NCBI GenBank assembly: GCA_963827165.1
Contig: CAWGZR010000005.1
Coordinates: 224,001-288,000 of the forward strand
Reading direction: 5' to 3'
Length of the DNA: 64,000 bases
Source: Candidatus Bathyarchaeota archaeon
Lineage (GTDB): Archaea > Thermoproteota > Bathyarchaeia > Bathyarchaeales > Bathycorpusculaceae
Part shown: piece after piece, positions 1-10,080 of the stretch
Position numbering within the stretch: position 1 is the stretch's first letter
Layout of the letters: the number at the start of each line of letters is the position of its first letter
The notes under the pieces: generated by a model
Told to the model about the DNA's origin: nothing
What the model saw: the letters and a program-made list of their open reading frames with translations, nothing else
The model's database searches: none
Translations under genes and position numbers: made by a program

Positions 1-813
1 GGCGGTTTAGACAGCGTCAAAGAACACCTCAAAGAATCCGTCGAGTGGCCAATCAAGAACCCTGAAATGTTCACGCGGCTCGGCATAAGGGCACCCAAAG
101 GCATCCTGCTTTATGGTCCACCTGGCTGCGGCAAAACACTGCTTGCTCGAGCAGTTGCAACAGAAAGCGAAGCCAACTTCATATCCATAAAGGGACCTGA
201 AGTCTTCAGCAAATGGCTTGGCGAATCAGAAAAAGCGATTCGCGAAGTCTTCCGCAAAGCTCGAATGGCAGCGCCATCTGTTATATTCTTGGATGAAATA
301 GATTCTCTTACGCCGAGGCGTGACATGGGCATGTCTGACAACGGAGCCTTCGAAAGAGTCATAAGCCAATTACTAACAGAAATGGATGGCATAACAACCC
401 TGCAAGACATAATAATCATCGCTGCGACGAATCGCCCCCACATGGTTGACCCCGCCGTACTTCGCCCGGGCAGATTTGACCGCCTAATCTACGTGCCTGA
501 ACCCGATGAAAAGAGCCGCCTGCAAATCTTTATGCTTTACACGAAGACTATGCCAATTTGCAAGGATGTTGATTTGAACCAGTTGACAACCTTTACGAAG
601 TACTATTCAGGCGCCGACATCGAATCTTTATGCCGCGAAGCAGCAATGCATGGTTTGCGCCGAGATGTACAATGTAGCGAAGTTACAATGAAGGATTTCC
701 TTGATGCCCTGAAAGAGATGGGACCTTCAATTAGCCCCGACATGGAAAAATGGTACAAGGGCTTCAATCAACAGTTCCGACAAGTACAAAAGCCCCAAAC
801 ACCCGTTGCGTAG
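1..813 (+). CDS. cdc48: CDC48/VCP-family AAA+ ATPase, C-terminal (D2) part; truncated by window start
   Basis: Frame open from base 1 (GGLDSVKEHLKESVEWP); Walker A GPPGCGKT, Walker B IFLDEID, SRH AATNRP..LRPGRFDR. Confidence 0.95.
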   Translation, partial: GGLDSVKEHLKESVEWPIKNPEMFTRLGIRAPKGILLYGPPGCGKTLLARAVATESEANFISIKGPEVFSKWLGESEKAIREVFRKARMAAPSVIFLDEIDSLTPRRDMGMSDNGAFERVISQLLTEMDGITTLQDIIIIAATNRPHMVDPAVLRPGRFDRLIYVPEPDEKSRLQIFMLYTKTMPICKDVDLNQLTTFTKYYSGADIESLCREAAMHGLRRDVQCSEVTMKDFLDALKEMGPSISPDMEKWYKGFNQQFRQVQKPQTPVA

Positions 814-825
814 AAGGAAAACTGT

Positions 826-1056
826 ATGCCTCAAATGAAAACTTGGAAAACGCGACCAGACTACTTTGTTGCTTTGGAGATACTGAAGAAAAAAGGCGAC
901 ATGACAGACGACGATTTGTTCAATGCTATTAAAGGAGAATTCGAAGACTTAGGCTTCAAAGATTTCAACAACATGCTACTCAAGCTAGAAGTTACTGGCA
1001 AAGTCCGCACTTCATCTTTGGCTCGTGGAAAACGTCGAATCGAGCTAGTACAATAA
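826..1056 (+). CDS. Small conserved hypothetical protein, winged-helix-like
   Basis: 76 aa, operonic spacing between cdc48 and GGR; LLKLEVTGKVR helix-wing pattern. Confidence 0.7.
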   Translation: MPQMKTWKTRPDYFVALEILKKKGDMTDDDLFNAIKGEFEDLGFKDFNNMLLKLEVTGKVRTSSLARGKRRIELVQ

Positions 1057-1066
1057 CAATGATACG

Positions 1067-2317
1067 ATGACCCAGTACACAATCCAGAAGACAGACTCTG
1101 CGCCAGACGCAGTTGTCATCGGAGGTGGACCTGTCGGTTCCTACGCAGCCTTGAACTTAGCAAGAGCAGGCATCAAAGCCACTGTTTTTGAAGAGCACCC
1201 CAAAATCGGATATCCATCTCACTGCGCTGGGCACCTAAGCATCCGAAGCCTAAAAGGCATGGGGCTCTATCCGCTTCCTAAGGGCATAGTTGAAAATACT
1301 TTTCGCACAGCCAACTTCTACTCGCCAAAAGGCACAAAGTTTTCACTTCACCTTTCGCATCCCGTGACAACCGCTTTAGATAGGGCACTTTTCGACCAAT
1401 ATTTGTCTGAACAAGCCGAGAAAGCTGGAGCACGTTTTGTCCTCAATAAACGTGTCCAATCCCTTGTTATCCGTGACGGCTATGTCAAGGGAGTAAATAT
1501 CCAAAGCGGTAGCGGACGGCAAGAGCAGGTTTCGGCCAAGATAACAATAGATGCTGAAGGCATTTCTTCTCGGCTTTTGAGGCAAGCAGGTTTGAAGGCT
1601 TTGAAGCCTGAGGGACTGGTTTATTCGGTTGAAGCCGAAGTTGAAGATGTCCGCGATATTGAACTCGACGCTGTGGAAGTTTACTTCGGCAAATCCTATG
1701 CCTCTGGCTTTTACGGTTGGCTCATCCCAAGGATGAACGGTACGGCGAAGTTGGGTTTGGCTACTAACAAGGGAAACCCCAGAGACTGCCTTCAAGCGCT
1801 AATAACCAAGCATCCTGTGGCTTCCAAACAGCTGGGTCATGCCAAAATAATGCGGGTCAACTACCACGCAATAACCTTGAGCGGTCCAATAGAGAAAACT
1901 TATGCTGATGGATTTCTCGCCGTCGGCGACTGCGCTTCTCAGGTTAAACCGACCACAGGCGGCGGAGTAATTTTCGGGTTAACATGCGCAAAAATCGCTG
2001 CAGAAACAGCCAGCAAAGCCACGCGGGAAGGCAATGTGTCCTCTGAGATATTGCGGTCTTATCAGAAGCAATGTTCTGACCTGTTGTGTTTCGATTTCTC
2101 CGTTATGCTTAGGCTCAGAAGATTTCTTAACTCACTGTCTGACGACAAACTAGATGAAGTGCTTCGGGTTTGCTGCAAACTGGGCGTAGACAGAGCCCTT
2201 AGCAATGTGGATGAAATTGATTTTCAGGGAAAAATGCTGCTTAAAGCGTTGGGGAAGCCTTCCATGATAGCGGCTTTTGCGTACTTTGGGCTGCTTTATT
2301 TGTTTGCAAACCCTTAA
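1067..2317 (+). CDS. Geranylgeranyl reductase family FAD-dependent oxidoreductase
   Basis: VIGGGPVG, YGWLIP, VGDCASQVKPTTGGG motifs. Confidence 0.9.
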   Translation: MTQYTIQKTDSAPDAVVIGGGPVGSYAALNLARAGIKATVFEEHPKIGYPSHCAGHLSIRSLKGMGLYPLPKGIVENTFRTANFYSPKGTKFSLHLSHPVTTALDRALFDQYLSEQAEKAGARFVLNKRVQSLVIRDGYVKGVNIQSGSGRQEQVSAKITIDAEGISSRLLRQAGLKALKPEGLVYSVEAEVEDVRDIELDAVEVYFGKSYASGFYGWLIPRMNGTAKLGLATNKGNPRDCLQALITKHPVASKQLGHAKIMRVNYHAITLSGPIEKTYADGFLAVGDCASQVKPTTGGGVIFGLTCAKIAAETASKATREGNVSSEILRSYQKQCSDLLCFDFSVMLRLRRFLNSLSDDKLDEVLRVCCKLGVDRALSNVDEIDFQGKMLLKALGKPSMIAAFAYFGLLYLFANP

Positions 2318-2351
2318 AATCTTGGATGTTTACCTATAGCCGGGAAATGCA

Positions 2352-2714
2352 ATGGGTGAATTTGAATACAAACAAGTGCTTGTCTTCCGCACAGATTTAC
2401 AGATGAGTAAGGGAAAGATTGCAGCGCAGGCTGGCCACGCAGCGATTTGCGCGGCTCAGGCAGCTCACGAACAACATAAGAAGTGGTGGGAAGCGTGGAT
2501 GTACGAAGGGATGCGGAAAATCGCTGTTAAGGTTCCAGGTGAAAAGGAGCTTGGCGAGTTGGAGGAGGCTGCGGATGAATTGGGTTTGCCTCATGCGTTA
2601 ATTGTTGATAAAGGCTTAACTGAAATCCCTGAGGGGACAGTAACATGTTTGGGAATTGGTCCCGCACCTAACGGGTTGGTTGATAAGTTAACTGGTAAGC
2701 TTTCCCTGCTTTAG
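2352..2714 (+). CDS. pth2: Peptidyl-tRNA hydrolase Pth2
   Basis: KQVLVFRTDLQMSKGKIAAQAGHA, DKGLTEI..GTVTCLGIGP. Confidence 0.95.
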   Translation: MGEFEYKQVLVFRTDLQMSKGKIAAQAGHAAICAAQAAHEQHKKWWEAWMYEGMRKIAVKVPGEKELGELEEAADELGLPHALIVDKGLTEIPEGTVTCLGIGPAPNGLVDKLTGKLSLL

Positions 2715-2724
2715 GCGAAAAGTT

Positions 2725-4095
2725 TTGGCTATTCCTCCCATTGACCGAGAGCTCGGCATCGAAGTTTACTTGACTAAAAGCTTAGGCGTTGGCGGTGTTA
2801 TTCGCGAAGATGTCGAGGATTTTGTAGTTGAGGAAGTGCTTGTTGATGGTTCTAAAGCGAAGGTGGACAGGTCTGTTCCCATTAGTGTTCTGGGTTCCAC
2901 CTCTGATCGGAAGCGGTTTTTGCTATGCGTATTGGTTAAGCGGAATTGGGACACTTTAATCGCCGTCAAAAACATTGCAAAGCAGTTTAGCGTTGATCAG
3001 AGCTACATCCAGATTGCAGGCATAAAAGACGCCAAAGCCGTTACGGCTCAACACATAACAATTGATGGCGGCTCAATAGAGGACGCTTCCAAAGTCAACG
3101 TCAAAGACATCCAAGTTATCCCAGTGGGATACCTTCGTGAAGCGCTTTCAACCTACTATTTGCTCGGCAACAACTTCACTATAAAAATCAAAGCCATAGA
3201 CCTCCCAAAATCAACTGTTAAAAACCGCATAACCCAGACAATCAAACAAATCGACGCTCAAGGCGGCATTCCGAATTTCTTCGGGCACCAACGCTTCGGA
3301 ACCATCCGACCAATAACGCATCTGGTTGGAAAAGCAATCGTCAACGGTGATTTTAAAGAAGCTGCGATGCTTTTTTTGGCTAAATCCAGCCCTTATGAGC
3401 ATCCAACATCAAGGCAAGCACGCCAGGAACTTCAAGTTACAGCAGATTTTAAGATGGCTCTGGAGAATTTTCCTCGGCAACTGCGATTTGAAAGGCTAAT
3501 GCTTGGCCACTTAGCAGATAGCCCGGAAGACTTCGTCGGCGCATTCCAGCAGTTACCAGTTAAACTTCAGGAGCTATTTGTTCAAGCCCACCAATCTTAT
3601 CTGTTTAACCGTTTCCTCAGTGAGCGACTTCGCCACGGTCATATTTTGAACAGGGCTGAAGTTGGCGACTGGGTTGTGGGTGTGGAACGTTCGGGTTTGC
3701 CGTTGACGAAAGTGGCAAAAATTGTTTCAACTGAGGATAAGGCAGAGGTTAACGAGCGAGTCAAAGATGGGAAAATGCGTGTTGCTTTGCCTGTAATAGG
3801 GATACGCCAAAAGCTGTCGGAGGGAGAAATGGGGCAGATTGAGCGAGGCGTTCTTGAAGAGGAGAGGATCAAACTTGAAAACATCCGAACCAACCAACTC
3901 TCAGGCGTCGGCGGTAAAGGGGGCTTGCGTACTGCAGCGACCCCTGTCAGAGAATTCAAATTCAATGTTTCAGAAGGTGAGAATGGGAAAGGCTGCGAAG
4001 CAGAGTTTAGCTTTATGCTTCAGAGAGGGTGCTATGCTACTGTTTTGCTGAGAGAAATGATGAAGCCTCCTGACCCGTTAAAGGCTGGCTTCTAA
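2725..4095 (+). CDS. truD: tRNA pseudouridine(13) synthase TruD
   Basis: EDFVVEE, AGIKDAKAVTAQ, PNFFGHQRFG, SYLFN, GCYATVLLRE. Confidence 0.95.
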   Translation: MAIPPIDRELGIEVYLTKSLGVGGVIREDVEDFVVEEVLVDGSKAKVDRSVPISVLGSTSDRKRFLLCVLVKRNWDTLIAVKNIAKQFSVDQSYIQIAGIKDAKAVTAQHITIDGGSIEDASKVNVKDIQVIPVGYLREALSTYYLLGNNFTIKIKAIDLPKSTVKNRITQTIKQIDAQGGIPNFFGHQRFGTIRPITHLVGKAIVNGDFKEAAMLFLAKSSPYEHPTSRQARQELQVTADFKMALENFPRQLRFERLMLGHLADSPEDFVGAFQQLPVKLQELFVQAHQSYLFNRFLSERLRHGHILNRAEVGDWVVGVERSGLPLTKVAKIVSTEDKAEVNERVKDGKMRVALPVIGIRQKLSEGEMGQIERGVLEEERIKLENIRTNQLSGVGGKGGLRTAATPVREFKFNVSEGENGKGCEAEFSFMLQRGCYATVLLREMMKPPDPLKAGF

Positions 4096-4107
4096 CGATA
4101 GCTGCTT

Positions 4108-4590
4108 TTATTTGATGAATACAGTGGATGGCTCATTCTTGAGGAGACTTTGCGCAAATGCTTCTGCTTTTTTTAGGTCTTCTTCGTTTGGTCTGCCTTT
4201 TTGGGTGCCGCCGCCGATTTTGAAAAGCCCATAAGTGTCAAAGCCCCCGCAGTTAAACTCTCCTAAAACAATGAAGCCTTTAGCCTCGAGTTTTTCCTTA
4301 AGTGACTTGTCTAATTTTGCAGCTGCTTTTCCCGTTCTACCGCTGGTGGAGAAAATAAATGCTTTTTTGCCTGCGGCTTGCGGGATTTTGTCTGCGAGTT
4401 CAAGGATGGGTTTACCAAGTTTTCCAAAGTAAACCCCAGAGCCGAAACCGACAAGCTCAAAGTTTCCAAGGGCGCTCACATCAGTTTGCTCGGGAGTTCT
4501 TATTTCCGCTCCGATGACCTTGGCGATTACATATGCGACTTTCTCAGTGTTTTTATGATGATAAGAATAAAGAATTATTGTGGAATTCAA
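4108..4590 (-). CDS. Flavodoxin family protein
   Basis: YSYHHKNTEKVA FMN loop, GFGSGVY, AFIFSTSG, GRPNEEDL. Confidence 0.85.
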   Translation of the reverse strand: MNSTIILYSYHHKNTEKVAYVIAKVIGAEIRTPEQTDVSALGNFELVGFGSGVYFGKLGKPILELADKIPQAAGKKAFIFSTSGRTGKAAAKLDKSLKEKLEAKGFIVLGEFNCGGFDTYGLFKIGGGTQKGRPNEEDLKKAEAFAQSLLKNEPSTVFIK

Positions 4591-4705
4591 TTAGGTACAC
4601 AACCTGCATTTATTGTGGCCGCAACCCGTATTTTAGCGCTAGGGTAGGTAAGTAATGTTGATAAGCAACTGGTAGCTTCTTTTTCTTTTAGGAAGCCTTT
4701 TTTTT

Positions 4706-5266
4706 ATGGAAAATGAACAGCCGCGGCAATGCATCATACCCCTTCATAAGCCAAGTACAAAAGAACTAGCGTTCTTTTTCGCTTCAGGCATACTTGTAAG
4801 CGTCCCTATGGCTCTGTTCTTCTCAAACGTTTATCCCTACGTCTCCCTCCTCATATCAACAGCGCTTCTGGCACCTTTCGTTGAAGAACTAGCCAAAGTT
4901 TTCCCGCTGTTCTACAGGCACGGCGAAACAGAGCGATCAATAGTAACTTTGGGCGTCTTAATCGGGCTTGGCTTCGGGATCTCAGAGTTTTTCCTCTACG
5001 TTGTCTTTTTAGGTGTTCCCCCGATTGCGAGGATTCCAGGCGTCATTTTCCATGCTTCAAGCGCATCCATAACCGCCTACGGCATCGCCAAAAAGAACCC
5101 GTTGCCCTATTACCTAATTTCGGTTCTGCTTCATGCAGCAAACAACTTTTTCGCGGTAACAAGCACCAGCATAGGCGTGTTTGTCGAGTTGCTGGTTGTG
5201 ATCGTCGCTTACCTTTTGGCTTGGAACTTTTACCATAAGGCTTCACCCGAAAAAATAGTTACATAG
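4706..5266 (+). CDS. PrsW-family intramembrane metalloprotease
   Basis: APFVEELAK, GLGFGISE, FHA and LHAANN motifs in a hydrophobic protein. Confidence 0.85.
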   Translation: MENEQPRQCIIPLHKPSTKELAFFFASGILVSVPMALFFSNVYPYVSLLISTALLAPFVEELAKVFPLFYRHGETERSIVTLGVLIGLGFGISEFFLYVVFLGVPPIARIPGVIFHASSASITAYGIAKKNPLPYYLISVLLHAANNFFAVTSTSIGVFVELLVVIVAYLLAWNFYHKASPEKIVT

Positions 5267-5809
5267 TCAGCCTTTGTCCGTTCTTGCCAAATCGCGAAGT
5301 CTGTTGATGCCGTCTATTTGCTTGATGAAGTCAGCGACGCTTTTGGGAACAAGCTCCACCCAGCTATCATCGGCCTGAAGCATTTTCTCTCTAATAACCG
5401 TTGACATGTACTGTTTTCTGTCGAAAAACGGTATTTCCTTAATGGGATAGCCTGCCTCCGCGAAAAGCCTCTTCGTCAGAGGCTCATTGGAGTAGCAAAC
5501 GTTGAATTTTGGAGTGTATCCTTCCACCGCGCTCACCCACAGCATGTGAAGGTGAACATCTGGGACTGGAACAATCCACAGCTTTGATGGGTTCACCTTG
5601 GCCTCTTGCAGGGCGTATCTAATCATAACCAGACGTTCGCCAGCAGTAAACGGGTTGTTAAGGTTGTGACTGTATTGTGCACTGCCGATAACTATGGCTA
5701 ATTCATCGATTTCTTTGAGCACCGCCTTCACAGCGCCAAGATGCCCTAAATGGAAAGGCTGAAACCTCCCAACGTAAAGACCCCGGGTAACCAAGCCACT
5801 CATCGCCAT
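5267..5809 (-). CDS. nadM: Nicotinamide-nucleotide adenylyltransferase (archaeal NMNAT)
   Basis: GRFQPFHLGH, GSAQYSH..NPFTAGER. Confidence 0.93.
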   Translation of the reverse strand: MAMSGLVTRGLYVGRFQPFHLGHLGAVKAVLKEIDELAIVIGSAQYSHNLNNPFTAGERLVMIRYALQEAKVNPSKLWIVPVPDVHLHMLWVSAVEGYTPKFNVCYSNEPLTKRLFAEAGYPIKEIPFFDRKQYMSTVIREKMLQADDSWVELVPKSVADFIKQIDGINRLRDLARTDKG

Positions 5810-5860
5810 TTGACGTTAAGCCCGGACTCTTTTATGATTTGTGTTCCCAAAAATCGGCGA

Positions 5861-6445
5861 TTAAACAAAATTCTTAAGGACATGTTCAGCTGGAAAAACC
5901 GTGAAGGCTACCTTATCCACCTGTACCTGTTTTGAAGTTGAAAAGCCTCTTTTCTCCTTGCTTAAGAACTCAACTTTAACCTTTAAGCCTCCGCCGTATC
6001 CGCCTAGCGATAGGTCAGTTTTGACGACTCTGTGGCAGGGAACGATGGGTGCGAACGGGTTTGAAGCCATGACGTTTCCAACGGCTCTCGGGCTACCGCC
6101 TACTGTTTTGGCGATTTCGCCGTAGGATGTGACAAAGCCAATTGGGATTTGCATGGTTGCCTTTAATACTTTTTGAGTGTATGTTGGAAGGGATGCGAAA
6201 GCTAATGGGAAAATAGCGTTGACGTTTTCTCCGTCGCAAATCCTCTTCAGGTTAGTCAAGGTTTCTTTGGCGAAGTCTGAGGGCTTACAGAAAACCTGGA
6301 ATGGTTCGCTATGTGGAATTATCTTCAGCAAGTTGCTCAAGAGCATTTGTTGGCTTACGTTAAAGGACGTAGCAACGATTTGCCCTTGATCGCAGGCGAC
6401 GCCGAACCAGACATCGTCAAGTTTTTGGGTGTAAACTTCAATCAT
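5861..6445 (-). CDS. ogt: Methylated-DNA--protein-cysteine methyltransferase
   Basis: SYGEIA, PRAVG, IVPCHRVV active site. Confidence 0.93.
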   Translation of the reverse strand: MIEVYTQKLDDVWFGVACDQGQIVATSFNVSQQMLLSNLLKIIPHSEPFQVFCKPSDFAKETLTNLKRICDGENVNAIFPLAFASLPTYTQKVLKATMQIPIGFVTSYGEIAKTVGGSPRAVGNVMASNPFAPIVPCHRVVKTDLSLGGYGGGLKVKVEFLSKEKRGFSTSKQVQVDKVAFTVFPAEHVLKNFV

Positions 6446-6567
6446 TTCTTTGCCTCCTCACTTTTTCATCGCTTTCTTGGCTTTCTTCACGACGAAGGAT
6501 GAGATTAATGGATATAAGTAACCTTAATAATTTGTCTTGTGTATATCAACGGGAAAAGGCGAAAATT

Positions 6568-7260
6568 ATGGAAGGTTATGGACCACAACTACCTGAAATA
6601 CCGCAGATTCCGCAGTACCCTCAGATGCAGCAAGATCAACAGCACCAGCAGGCTCAGCAGGGCGGAATGGCTTGGATGCCAGGCGCCACCACAGTAGGCG
6701 TTATCTTCAACGGCGGAGTATTGTTAGCCGCTGAAAAAAGAGTAACTTACGGTTATTTTGTCATGAGCAAAGGCGGCAAAAAAGTTTTCAAAGTAACAGA
6801 TCGCATTGCCGTAGCCTGCGCAGGACTCGTCGGCGACATGCAGATTTTAGCCAAGGAAATGGAGGCGCAAGCCAACCTTTTCGGCATGGACACAGGCAGA
6901 AAAATCACTGTACGCGCAGCAGCGAAACTTTTAGCTAACGTATTGTTCAACCGGCGGTACGCGCCACTTTTCACCCAAACAATCATCGGCGGTTTAGACG
7001 AGGATGGACCAGCACTCTTCGTACTTGACGTTTTAGGCTCACTTATACCTGACAAATATGCAGTTGTCGGCACAGGGACAGAAATTGCCATAGGAGTCAT
7101 CGAAGAAGCGTATAAAGAAACAATGAACGCTGACGAAGCGAAAGAACTAGTGATGCGAGCCATAAAATCAGCAATTAGCCGGGACTCAATGAGCGGCGAC
7201 GGAATAGACTTCCTCATAATAACCAAAGAAGGCATCAAAGAAGAATCCATAAAATTCTAA
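6568..7260 (+). CDS. psmB: Proteasome beta subunit (Ala at the Thr1 position, Gln-rich N-terminus)
   Basis: GATTVG..LAAEKRVT, AGLVGDMQ, RDSMSGDG; ATG 6568 chosen over upstream starts. Confidence 0.93.
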   Translation: MEGYGPQLPEIPQIPQYPQMQQDQQHQQAQQGGMAWMPGATTVGVIFNGGVLLAAEKRVTYGYFVMSKGGKKVFKVTDRIAVACAGLVGDMQILAKEMEAQANLFGMDTGRKITVRAAAKLLANVLFNRRYAPLFTQTIIGGLDEDGPALFVLDVLGSLIPDKYAVVGTGTEIAIGVIEEAYKETMNADEAKELVMRAIKSAISRDSMSGDGIDFLIITKEGIKEESIKF

Positions 7261-7340
7261 ACTAACTTTCCCCTCAAAATTCTAGACTTAACAAAGCTAA
7301 GCGGCGCCTACGCGCCGCCGATGCAACGGAGCGAAAAAAC

Positions 7341-7964
7341 ATGTCGTTTGACCTAAGCTTAGATGAAGGAAAATTCTTAATCAACCTTGCGAGGACCACA
7401 GTTAAAGAGTATCTTGAGAACGGCAACATCGTCAAACCACCAAAAGACACACCCCAGAAAATGTTTGCCCGTTGCGGAGTTTTCGTCACGATAAACAGCA
7501 TCAAGAACGGTAACAAGCAGCTTCGTGGCTGCATCGGCTACCCTTACCCCACAAACCCTCTTATGGAAGCATTAATCGATTCAGCCATCAACGCGGCAAC
7601 TGAGGATCCGCGATTCGACCCGATAGACCTGGAAGAATTAAGCAACGTTGTTTTTGAAGTAAGCGTGCTGACGCCGCCTGAACCCATTGAAGTTGACAAC
7701 CCAAAAGAATACCTTGATAAGGTCAAGGTTGGGGAAGATGGGTTGATTGTTGAAAAAGGCTTGAGCAAAGGTTTGCTTTTGCCCCAAGTGCCTGTCGAAT
7801 GGGGTTGGTGTGAAGAAGAGTTTCTCTGCCAATGTTGCGCCAAAGCTGGGCTCCCCCCTGACACCTGGCTGACAAAAGGTACAAAAATATACAAGTTTAG
7901 AGCGATTATTTTTCAGGAAGAGTCGCCGATGGGCGAAATCAAACGCCTAACTCTAAGTCAATGA
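7341..7964 (+). CDS. AMMECR1-domain protein (TIGR00296 family)
   Basis: GVFVT, LRGCIG, DPRF, EVSVLT, GLLLPQV. Confidence 0.93.
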   Translation: MSFDLSLDEGKFLINLARTTVKEYLENGNIVKPPKDTPQKMFARCGVFVTINSIKNGNKQLRGCIGYPYPTNPLMEALIDSAINAATEDPRFDPIDLEELSNVVFEVSVLTPPEPIEVDNPKEYLDKVKVGEDGLIVEKGLSKGLLLPQVPVEWGWCEEEFLCQCCAKAGLPPDTWLTKGTKIYKFRAIIFQEESPMGEIKRLTLSQ

Positions 7965-7969
7965 CGGGG

Positions 7970-9109
7970 TTAATCATGCAGGGTTTCGATAATCGTCTGC
8001 GCCCTATCTAAGCCCTTGAACCGGTTGGAAAACTTGTTGAGCGCCAACATGTTTCTATCAAAAGATTCCTGCTCGACCGCCATCCTCGCTACAGCCTTTT
8101 CCAGCTGCTTCCTGTTTTTAATCATTATTGAGCAGTTCATGTCTCGCAACTTGGCAGCGTTTCCTAACTGTTCTGGTTGAGTTGGGATGCAGATGCTCGG
8201 TTTTGCATACTTTATTGTTTCAAAGCAGGTTGCGTGTCCTCCACTGAAGATTACGAATTTTGCGTTTCTCATGTATTTCGCACGTTCTTCTGCGGACAGC
8301 CAAGTGTGAAGCTCGCAGTTTCCTATTTTGGTAGAGACTTTCTTGCCCGGCGTACCCAAACTGACGATGCATTTGGTTTTTATTTTTTTGAGGACTGGAA
8401 GAAGGGTTCTAAGCATTTTGGCTCGTGTGCCGGGCGGTCCGCTTATGGGTACAAAAATGTGTTCCTTTGACCCTTCAATGGGCGTTGTGTCAACAAAGCT
8501 TCCCACGTACTCAACTTTGCCGTCTAAACCCATGTTATCGAGGTTTCCGACGCTGTACTCGGAAATCGTATAAGGCGGAGGGTTGTCAGGGATGATTATT
8601 TTTGAGCATTTCTTAACGTACCTCTCAACAAGCCGTTCACCGGGGTTGAGGAAAGCAGAGAAGCCGTAGCTTGGTCTAATCATGTTGGCGATGTAAACTG
8701 AGGGGAACCCCCACCGTTGAGCGAGCCTAAGCGCGTTTATGTCTCCGTCTGCAATTAGCATATCTGGCGCCAACCCATGGATATTTTCCCTTAGGTCATA
8801 GTACCTATGGATCGTTTCCCATGCGTTGGAGTTCTTGATTTCCAACCTGTTAGTTTCAAAGTTGAACAGGGGAAGCGGCAGGAACAGGTTGACAAGGGAT
8901 GCGGAAGTGATTATGCCATAAGCGTTCTCATACCAAGATATCGGCGTACATTTGTAGACGTTGCTAAACTCCTTCTGCAGCAAATCATACGCTTTGCCTC
9001 CTGAAAAAAAGAACATTTCGTGACCATTATTCTTGAGTCGTTTCCCTAAGGGAATGATGCGTGAAACATGGCCTAAACCAAGCTCTGAACAACTAAACAG
9101 CAACCGCAT
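7970..9109 (-). CDS. GT-B glycosyltransferase (GT28/MJ1255-like)
   Basis: GLGHVSR N-terminal motif, SGGHATCFE..P..QPEQLGNA C-terminal motif. Confidence 0.8.
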   Translation of the reverse strand: MRLLFSCSELGLGHVSRIIPLGKRLKNNGHEMFFFSGGKAYDLLQKEFSNVYKCTPISWYENAYGIITSASLVNLFLPLPLFNFETNRLEIKNSNAWETIHRYYDLRENIHGLAPDMLIADGDINALRLAQRWGFPSVYIANMIRPSYGFSAFLNPGERLVERYVKKCSKIIIPDNPPPYTISEYSVGNLDNMGLDGKVEYVGSFVDTTPIEGSKEHIFVPISGPPGTRAKMLRTLLPVLKKIKTKCIVSLGTPGKKVSTKIGNCELHTWLSAEERAKYMRNAKFVIFSGGHATCFETIKYAKPSICIPTQPEQLGNAAKLRDMNCSIMIKNRKQLEKAVARMAVEQESFDRNMLALNKFSNRFKGLDRAQTIIETLHD

Positions 9110-9208
9110 AGAAGATACGTATAAGGCGAAGATTTATTTTAACTATGCCCATATTCAACCCAAAAATAAAGTAAGCAGTTTTAAGCTAGTAGCAAACAGT
9201 AAATTGTT

Positions 9209-10078
9209 ATGTTTGTTCCCCGAAAAATCCGCGAAGATAAGCTCAGACAATTACTTGCTGACGACATTGGGTTAGGCGACGTCACAGTACAGGCGCTTAT
9301 ACCACCAAGTCTGACTGTGAACGCAGTAGTCATTGCGAAAGACGACGGCGTAGCCGCGGGAATCGAAGAAATAACTATTTTAGCTGAATATTTGGGGTTG
9401 AAAGTTAAGACTAAAGTGGCTGACGGAGAAACTGTCAAAAACAAGCAGGTGCTCATAGAAATTTCGGGCAACGCTCAGACTATTCTTTCCGCTGAGCGAA
9501 CCATGCTAAACCTGCTTTCTCGGATGAGCGGAATAGCCACGGCAACCTATGCTTTGACCGAGAAAATCAAGAAAGCAGGATTTAAAGCGAAGATTGCTGC
9601 GACGCGTAAGTCAGCGCCTGGGCTGCTTTACTTCGACAAGAAAGCAGTTGTCATCGGGGGTGGTGACCCTCATAGGCTCCACTTAGATGATATGGTATTG
9701 ATAAAAGACAATCACATCGCCGTGGTTGGGAGCCCTGAAGAGGCAGTGAAAAAGGCGAAAGCAAACGTTTCTTTCGCTAAGAAAATCGAAGTTGAGGTAA
9801 CCGAGGGGGCTGATGTTCTAAAGGTTGCGAGTGCGGGGGCTGACGTGATTTTGCTTGATAACTTTTCGGTTAAGCAGGTCAGGGAGGCTGTGGATTTGCT
9901 TGAGAAAGGGGGTTTTCTGGGCAAGGTGGTTCTGGAGGCTAGCGGCGGAATTGCTGCTGAAGACATCTTGGATTATGCAGCGGCGAAGGTTGACATCATC
10001 AGCATGGGGCAACTTACCCATAGTGTAAAGGCGCTTGACATTAGCCTTGAGTTAGTTGTCAAAGAAGCAACTTTTTAG
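9209..10078 (+). CDS. nadC: Nicotinate-nucleotide pyrophosphorylase (carboxylating)
   Basis: AERTMLN, ATRKS, HRLHLDD.VLIKDNH, IEVEV, ILLDN, EASGGI. Confidence 0.95.
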   Translation: MFVPRKIREDKLRQLLADDIGLGDVTVQALIPPSLTVNAVVIAKDDGVAAGIEEITILAEYLGLKVKTKVADGETVKNKQVLIEISGNAQTILSAERTMLNLLSRMSGIATATYALTEKIKKAGFKAKIAATRKSAPGLLYFDKKAVVIGGGDPHRLHLDDMVLIKDNHIAVVGSPEEAVKKAKANVSFAKKIEVEVTEGADVLKVASAGADVILLDNFSVKQVREAVDLLEKGGFLGKVVLEASGGIAAEDILDYAAAKVDIISMGQLTHSVKALDISLELVVKEATF

Positions 10079-10080
10079 CC

